This document shows positions 56,729 to 62,479 of a stretch of 62,479 nucleotides of DNA, one piece after another. The notes beneath the pieces are model-generated. The model ran no database searches. It was not told the origin of the DNA and saw nothing but the letters and a program-made list of their open reading frames with translations. Origin of the DNA: Deltaproteobacteria bacterium (GTDB taxonomy: Bacteria; Desulfobacterota; DSM-4660; Desulfatiglandales; Desulfatiglandaceae). How positions within the stretch are numbered: the first letter of the stretch is position 1; each line of letters starts with the position of its first letter. The DNA lies in contig JAIPDZ010000001.1 of NCBI GenBank assembly GCA_021737425.1, positions 1-62,479 on the forward strand, written 5' to 3'. Both the position numbers and the translations under genes were made by a program.

Positions 56729-57097
56729 ATGACCGAGAAACATCCCACCATTCGCTTGCACCTCTGGCTCGAAACAGACCACGGCGTATTCTTTGGCGCC
56801 GGGAGGGCCCAGCTTCTTGAGGGGATTGAAACCCACGGCTCCCTCAAGAAGGCCGCTGAGCACCTGGGCATGTCGTACCGGGCGGCCTGGGGAAAAATCA
56901 AGGCCACCGAAGAGAATATCGGCGCAAAGCTGGTCATTCAAAATGGTGGAAAAAAGGGCGGGTACAACCTTACCAGTGAAGGACGGCAACTGATGACGCA
57001 ATACAGAACGTGGTTCTCCGGTGTTGAGGAATATGCCTGTCATTTAGCGAATGGCGTCTTTTCTTTCAATGCCAGGCAATTTAAAAAGCGGCCCTGA
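56729..57097 (+). CDS. ModE-N-terminal-domain-only transcriptional regulator (winged HTH, no Mop/TOBE molybdate-binding domains)
   Basis: 122 aa. FFGAGRAQLLEGIETHGSLKKAAEHLGMSYRAAWGKIKATEENIGAKLVIQNGGKKGGYNLTSEGRQL follows the ModE DNA-binding-domain pattern (GS..AA...G.SY..AW..I......LV....GG..GG..LT..G). Confidence 0.7.
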   Translation: MTEKHPTIRLHLWLETDHGVFFGAGRAQLLEGIETHGSLKKAAEHLGMSYRAAWGKIKATEENIGAKLVIQNGGKKGGYNLTSEGRQLMTQYRTWFSGVEEYACHLANGVFSFNARQFKKRP

Positions 57098-57208
57098 TAG
57101 CCTATAGACGGCGAATCCCCCTTACCTCTTCAATTTTTGCCCGGCACTCCCTTTTTCAGGGGCCATACCAAACCCGATCTTCATAGATACTGAAAGTTAT
57201 TTACTCCT

Positions 57209-57228
57209 ATATGTTTAATTTAACATAT
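57209..57228 (+). promoter_or_regulatory. near-perfect 20-bp AT-rich palindrome ATATGTTTAA/TTTAACATAT upstream of periplasmic fdh (operator candidate)
   Basis: The arms ATATGTT and AACATAT are perfect. It lies 20 nt upstream of a TTGACA -35 hexamer. Confidence 0.45.
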
Positions 57229-57248
57229 TAATATTATTAGATAATTTC

Positions 57249-57275
57249 TTGACACGGCATTTTTTGGGGTATACT
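57249..57275 (+). promoter_or_regulatory. sigma-70-type promoter candidate for fdhAB-fdhE (TTGACA-15 nt-TATACT)
   Basis: TTGACA at 57249-57254 and TATACT at 57270-57275. The spacer is short at 15 nt. It lies about 80 nt upstream of ATG 57358. Confidence 0.4.
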
Positions 57276-57357
57276 CTTAAAATCTGATAGCTGGGGGTTC
57301 AGCGGGTTGACAAAGGGCTAGTTTTACAACTCCAAACAACTGGACAAGGAGGATGTT

Positions 57358-60300
57358 ATGGATGTAACAAGAAGAAGGTTTCTCAAGATCGCAGGGCTGG
57401 GTATTGCGAGCCTGCCGCTGACAAGACTCGGGCTCAACCTCGGCGGTGCTGAGGCCTATGCGGCGGGCTTCAAATTGGAAGGGACCAAAGAGGTCATTTC
57501 CATCTGCCCCTTCTGCTCCGTGGGATGCCACATCATTGTCCATGTTAGAAATGGAAGGATGGTGAGCACCGAAGGGGATCCCGATTATCCCGTCAGCGAA
57601 GGGGCCCTATGTTCCAAAGGCGCTGCCATGCTGTCCATGCACAAGGAAGACCACCGGTTGACCAAGCCGCTCTACCGGGCCCCCTACAGCGACCACTGGG
57701 AAGAAAAGTCGTGGGAGTGGATGCTGGACCGGATCGGTCGACGGATCAAAGACACCCGTGACAGGGGATTTATCCGACGAAACGACAAAGGGCAGGAAGT
57801 GAACCGGGTGGACAGCATCTTTCAGCTGGGGACTTCCCAGATGGACAACGAGGAATGCGCACTGTCCCATCAGTTTTTGAGGGGCCTGGGGGTCGTCCAC
57901 ATCGACCACCAGGCGCGTATCTGACACAGCGCCACAGTTGCGGCTCTGGCAGAGTCGTTCGGACGAGGCGCAATGACCAACCACTGGATTGACATCAAGA
58001 ATGCCGACGCCATCCTGATCATGGGCAGCAATGCTGCCGAGCATCATCCCATTTCCTTCAAATGGGTCCTCAAAGCCAAAGACAAGGGAGCAGCGGTCAT
58101 TCATGTGGACCCGAAATTCTCCCGAACCTCGGCCCGCAGCACCTTACATATCCCGCTTAGAAGCGGCACCGATATACCGGTCTTGGGCGGCATGGTGCGG
58201 TATATCCTCGAAAACGGCCTTTTCGAGAAGGATTATGTGGTGGAGTACACCAACGCCGCGTTTATTGTAAATGATAAATACGGCTTTAATGATGGACTGT
58301 TTGCCGGCTATGATGCAGACAAGAGGGCCTATGACAAAAAGCTTTGGGCCTTTGAAACCGATGAAAAGGGCATTCCTAAAAAGGACAAGACCCTGAAACA
58401 TCCCCGCTGTGTCTTTAATCTCCTTAAGAAGCAATATGACCGGTATGATCTGGACACGGTTTCCAAGACAAGCGGTGTGAGCAAGGAGAATCTCTTAACC
58501 CTCTATAAGACATTCGGGGCCACGGGTAAGCCGGACAAGTCCGGGACCATCATGTATGCCCTGGGCTGGACCCAGCATACGGTTGGCGTACAGAACATTC
58601 GACTGGCCGCCATCCTGCAGCTCCTCCTGGGCAACATCGGCGTGGCCGGGGGCGGCATCAACGCCCTTCGCGGCGAGCCCAATGTGCAGGGGTCCACAGA
58701 CCACTGCCTCCTGTGGCACATCCTGCCCGGCTACATGGCGGTGCCCAGGGCCACCTGGCCGACGCTGGCGGATTACAACAAGGCCAACACCCCGGTCAGT
58801 CACGATCCCATGAGCGCCAACTGGTGGCAAAACAAACCCAAATACCTGGCCAGTCTGCTCAAGGGATGGTTTGGCGAAAACGGCACAAAAGAAAACGACT
58901 TCGGTTACCGCATGCTCCCCAAGGTGGAACCCGGGGTGGATTATTCTTATCTGTATATCTTCGACCGAATGTACAACGGCGAGATCAACGGGGGTTTTGT
59001 ATTCGGAACCAATCCGCTACAGAGTGCGCCCAACTCCAACAAGAATCGGGCTGCCGTGGATCAACTCGACTGGCTGGTAGTGGGTGAACTGCACCACACC
59101 GAAACCTCGGACAACTGGCACCGACCCGGTGTCAATCCCAATAAGATCAAAACCGAAGTGTTTCTGCTCCCCTCGGCTCATCGGGTGGAAAAATCCGGTT
59201 CCGTGACCAACAGCGGCCGATGGATCATCTGGCACGATATGGCGCAGAAGCCGATCGGACAGTGTCGGTCCATGGGAGAGATGATTGTGGATATCCTGAA
59301 CCAGGTGCGTTCGCTGTATGAACGGGAGAACGGGGTTTACCCGGATCCGCTGAAGAAGCTGGACTGGCCCGCGTATTATGATTCCGACGACATGGCCCAA
59401 CGGATCAACGGCCGGTTCCTGAAAGATACCACTGTCAAGGGAAAAACTTACAAGGCCGGGGACCAGGTCCCGAGCTTCGGTGCCCTGGCCGATGATGGAA
59501 GCACCGTATGTTTTAACTGGCTTTACAGCGGGAGCTACACCAAAGAGGGAGGCAACAAGGCCAAGCGGCGGGATCTTAATCAGACTGCCATGCAGAAAAA
59601 TATTGGCCTGTTCCCCAACTACTCCTGGTGTTGGCCCGTCAACCGGCGGATCTTGTACAACCGGGCCTCTGTGGACCTTAAGGGAAAGCCTCTGGCCCCG
59701 CAGAAGGCGGTCATCAAGTGGACCGGAAAGGGATGGGAGGGCGATGTCCCGGACGGGGGATGGCCTCCACTGGCCACAGGCAAGGGACGCTATCCATTCA
59801 TTATGCGCAAACACGGATTCGGGCAGATTTTCGGTCCCGGCCGCCCGGACGGCCCACTACCGGAGCATTACGAACCCGTGGAGTCTCCGCTCACCAAGAA
59901 CCCCTTTTCGGGTCAATTCAACAACCCGTGTTTCAAAAAGACATCTAACGAGATGGATGCCCTGGCTAAGCCCGGCGACAAGCGTTTTCCGATTGTGCTG
60001 ACCACCTACTGCGTGACCGAGATGTGGTGTGGTGGCGGGGAGACCCGGAACACGCCCAACCTCCTGGAAGCCGAGCCGCAGCTCTATGTAGAGATGAGCC
60101 ATGAACTGGCTAAAGAGAAGGGGATCCAAAACGGAGATCCGGTCCTCATCGAAAGCGCAAGAGGAAGCGCGGAGGCCATTGCCATGGTCACGGTGAGGAT
60201 GACGCCCTTGCAGATAGAAGGTAAAACCGTGCACCTGGTAGGAATGCCCTTCTGTTACGGGTGGACCACCAGGGGTGTTGGCGATTCCACGAACCGGCTC

Positions 60301-60399
60301 ACCGCTTCCATCGGGGACCCCAACACTGGCATCCCGGAATATAAGGCCCTGATGGTAAATGTGACCAAGGCCCAGCGGCTGCGTGAATTGCAGGCCTAA
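57358..60399 (+). CDS. fdnG: periplasmic (Tat-exported) selenocysteine-containing formate dehydrogenase alpha subunit, 1013 aa
   Basis: Track ORFs 57358-57924 and 57973-60399 join across TGA 57922-57924: ...VHIDHQARI-U-HSATVAALAESFGRGAMTNHW. Twin-arginine signal MDVTRRRFLKIAG, and CPFCSVGC cluster motif. Confidence 0.9.
57922..57950 (+). other. in-frame UGA (Sec) plus SECIS-like hairpin in the periplasmic fdh alpha gene
   Basis: UGA at 57922-57924. GCCACAG-UUGCGG-CUCUGGC (57931-57950) forms a stem with one C-C mismatch, starting 6 nt downstream. Confidence 0.5.
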
Positions 60400-60447
60400 C
60401 ACACGGACGTCTCATGAGACAACCCTCTCAAAAAAAGGAGTAGAATC

Positions 60448-61098
60448 ATGCCCATGACATTTCTCATTGATACATCGAGGTGCACCGCCTGCCGGGGTTG
60501 CCAGGTGGCCTGCAAGGAGTGGAACGATCTCCAGGCCAACAAGACACGCCAGCGCGGGACCCATCAAAATCCCCCGGATCTGAATCCGTTCAACTACAAG
60601 CTGGTCCGGTTTGCTGAATATAAAGAAAATGGTAAGGTGGTCTGGTATTTCTTTCCGGATCAGTGTAGACACTGCGTATCGCCGCCCTGCAAGGAAGCGG
60701 CGGATAGCTATGTGGAGGGCGCCATCATCAAGGATCCCAAAACAGGGGCGGTGATTTTCACCGAGCGGACGCGTCTTCTGAAGCCGGAACAGGTGGAGGA
60801 GGTCATTTCTTACTGTCCGTATAACATCCCGCGGCTGGACACGGGCACGGGCATCCTGGCCAAATGCACCATGTGCAATGACCGGGTGAAGCGCAATATG
60901 CTTCCCATGTGTGTGAAGACCTGCCCGACCGGAACCATGAATTTCGGGGAGCGATCCAAGATGGTGGCACTGGCCAAGAAAAGGCTGGCCGAGTTGAAGA
61001 AGGATTACCCCAACGCCCAGTTGCAGGATCCGGATGATGTCAACACCATTTTTCTCCTAACCGAAGATCCCAAGAAGTACTTTCAGAAGGTCGGTTAG
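60448..61098 (+). CDS. formate dehydrogenase iron-sulfur (beta) subunit, soluble type without a TM anchor
   Basis: CTACRGCQVACKEWN, CRHCVSPPC, CPYNIP and CTMCNDR..CVKTCPTG motifs. 216 aa with no C-terminal hydrophobic helix. Confidence 0.85.
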   Translation: MPMTFLIDTSRCTACRGCQVACKEWNDLQANKTRQRGTHQNPPDLNPFNYKLVRFAEYKENGKVVWYFFPDQCRHCVSPPCKEAADSYVEGAIIKDPKTGAVIFTERTRLLKPEQVEEVISYCPYNIPRLDTGTGILAKCTMCNDRVKRNMLPMCVKTCPTGTMNFGERSKMVALAKKRLAELKKDYPNAQLQDPDDVNTIFLLTEDPKKYFQKVG

Positions 61099-61224
61099 GG
61101 GCGTCTTGGACGAGCCGAGCCCTGTGATTGGATTTCACAGGGGCTGAAAGGAACCATCGAAAAAGCCGTTTGCGCAGGCCGTGAACGGCTTTTCCATCAA
61201 ACCGCGTATATAGAAAGGACATCC

Positions 61225-62154
61225 ATGGAGAATCCGGTATCAGCCAAAGACGAAGTGGCATCGCTCAAAAACCAGGTTGACAATATGGTGGAACGAAAAC
61301 CCTTCCTAAAGGAAACGCTGAACGCCTTCAAGGAGCTGATGATTGCCGAGGCGGAACTCAGGGCCCAACTCATGACCCGGCCGGCGCCGGGTATGCCTCC
61401 GCCCGATGCCTTGAGACTGTCTGCCGGGGTCCCGGCGTTGTCCGATATGGAACTGGCACCCCTCTTCCCCGATCTAACCGACGGTCTTAAAACCATGCTT
61501 GCGGCGCTGAAACGGTCCTTCCCACCGCTCAAAAAGGAAGCAGAGCGGCTGGCCGCTCGAGTGGCGGAGGATCCGGAAGCCCCAGCGGCCTGGATACGGC
61601 TCCTGGTAAGAAATGAGGAGGATGCACTCAAAAAATGGGCCGACGAACTGGAGCTGGAGCCGGCATCCTTCCGGTTTGCGCTGGAAAAATCCCTTAAACC
61701 GTTTCTCCAGTGGTTGGCCCACGGTGTGGCCCCTCACTTAGAACAAATGAGTTGGGACCGCGGCTATTGTCCCATCTGCGGTGCCTATCCCGACACGAGC
61801 TATCTGAAAAAGGGTGAAGAGGAGAGTGAATATCTGGTGGCTCACGGGGGACGACGATGGCTTCACTGTGCCCTATGCAGCCACGAGTGGCGGCTTCACC
61901 GTATCGTTTGTCCCTATTGTGGCAATGAAGATGCGGATACGCTGGAGTATTTCTCCTCAGAGGAATCACCGGCCGAAAGGCTTCATGTCTGTCATACCTG
62001 CAAAAAATATCTCCCGTGCCTGGACACCTCAGAACTGATCGAGGTTCCTCCGGCCGACCTCATGCCCTTTGAACTTCTCCATCTCGATCTCATTGCCCAG
62101 GAAAAAGGCTTTTCCCCGATGGCCTGGCGTCACTGGAACCAGCTGACGAGCTAA
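61225..62154 (+). CDS. fdhE: formate dehydrogenase accessory protein FdhE
   Basis: Four CxxC pairs in FdhE spacing (CPICG, CALCSHEW, CPYCG, CHTCKKYL). 309 aa, directly downstream of fdhAB. Confidence 0.85.
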   Translation: MENPVSAKDEVASLKNQVDNMVERKPFLKETLNAFKELMIAEAELRAQLMTRPAPGMPPPDALRLSAGVPALSDMELAPLFPDLTDGLKTMLAALKRSFPPLKKEAERLAARVAEDPEAPAAWIRLLVRNEEDALKKWADELELEPASFRFALEKSLKPFLQWLAHGVAPHLEQMSWDRGYCPICGAYPDTSYLKKGEEESEYLVAHGGRRWLHCALCSHEWRLHRIVCPYCGNEDADTLEYFSSEESPAERLHVCHTCKKYLPCLDTSELIEVPPADLMPFELLHLDLIAQEKGFSPMAWRHWNQLTS

Positions 62155-62479
62155 CACAAGGCTCGAAGCCCCACATTTTCCTGTCAGGCATGTCAGGCCT
62201 GGGGGTAAGGCCGAAAAGACCGGCCATGTTTCTGTTTCTGCTGAATAAACCCGGACAGGTCTCAGCAGCATATGCGCCAGTCTGTTCAGAAAGCCATTGG
62301 GCAGGGGGAAGCGCCCAGGGTTTTTCAACAGATGAAAAATGTAACTATTCAGCGTATTTTGATTTTTCATGGTGACGACCCAACAAAATCTGGCAACTTG
62401 CCGTTAAACAAGACCTCCAAAGCACGGCTTACCTTGACTCGTTGTTTTCGACAAGAGGACAAATAACTTCGAATGCGGC

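Noticed and set aside
62029-62370. 113-aa minus-strand ORF overlapping the 3' end of fdhE by about 125 nt
   Set aside because: The large overlap with a well-supported gene and the lack of recognisable motifs argue against it. At most, its N-terminal third (outside fdhE) could be a gene fragment. The window ends too soon to judge.

Overview
62.5-kb chromosomal window (about 57% GC by eye). It most likely comes from a strictly anaerobic, selenocysteine-using deltaproteobacterium (Desulfobacterota), such as an aromatic-compound degrader or syntroph.

Left third, housekeeping genes: carboxyltransferase, fabD-like, asnB, fhs, proC, birA-bioYMN.

Middle:
- A co-directional cluster: sigma-54 two-component system, USP, REC, DASS/TrkA-C transporter, two cytidylate-kinase-like paralogs, REC.
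- A B12-radical-SAM/TPR gene.
- A cimA-leuA-leuCD-ilvBN-ilvC-leuB operon preceded by an Ile/Leu/Val-rich leader peptide and an intrinsic terminator.
- rlmD, an IHF-like gene, tRNA-Pro(GGG) and a class III cyclase.

Right half, Mo/W/Se redox metabolism:
- A bamBCDEF-like (class II benzoyl-CoA reductase type) module.
- A Mop-type aldehyde oxidoreductase tightly followed by TusE-like and cysteine desulfurase genes.
- A cytoplasmic FdhA.
- An FmdE/molybdopterin-binding fusion.
- A regulator with only the ModE DNA-binding domain.
- A periplasmic FdhAB-FdhE locus.

Four genes are split in the ORF track by in-frame TGA codons that sit exactly at conserved Cys/Sec positions: BamF-like, BamE-like and both Fdh alpha subunits.

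Non-coding highlights:
- Related AT-rich palindromes in front of each Mo/W enzyme operon except the bam-like module.
- A 178-bp MITE-like element.
- A 157-nt structured intergenic element.

No CRISPR array, rRNA or intact transposase was seen. All calls come from reading the sequence and translations by eye. No searches were run.
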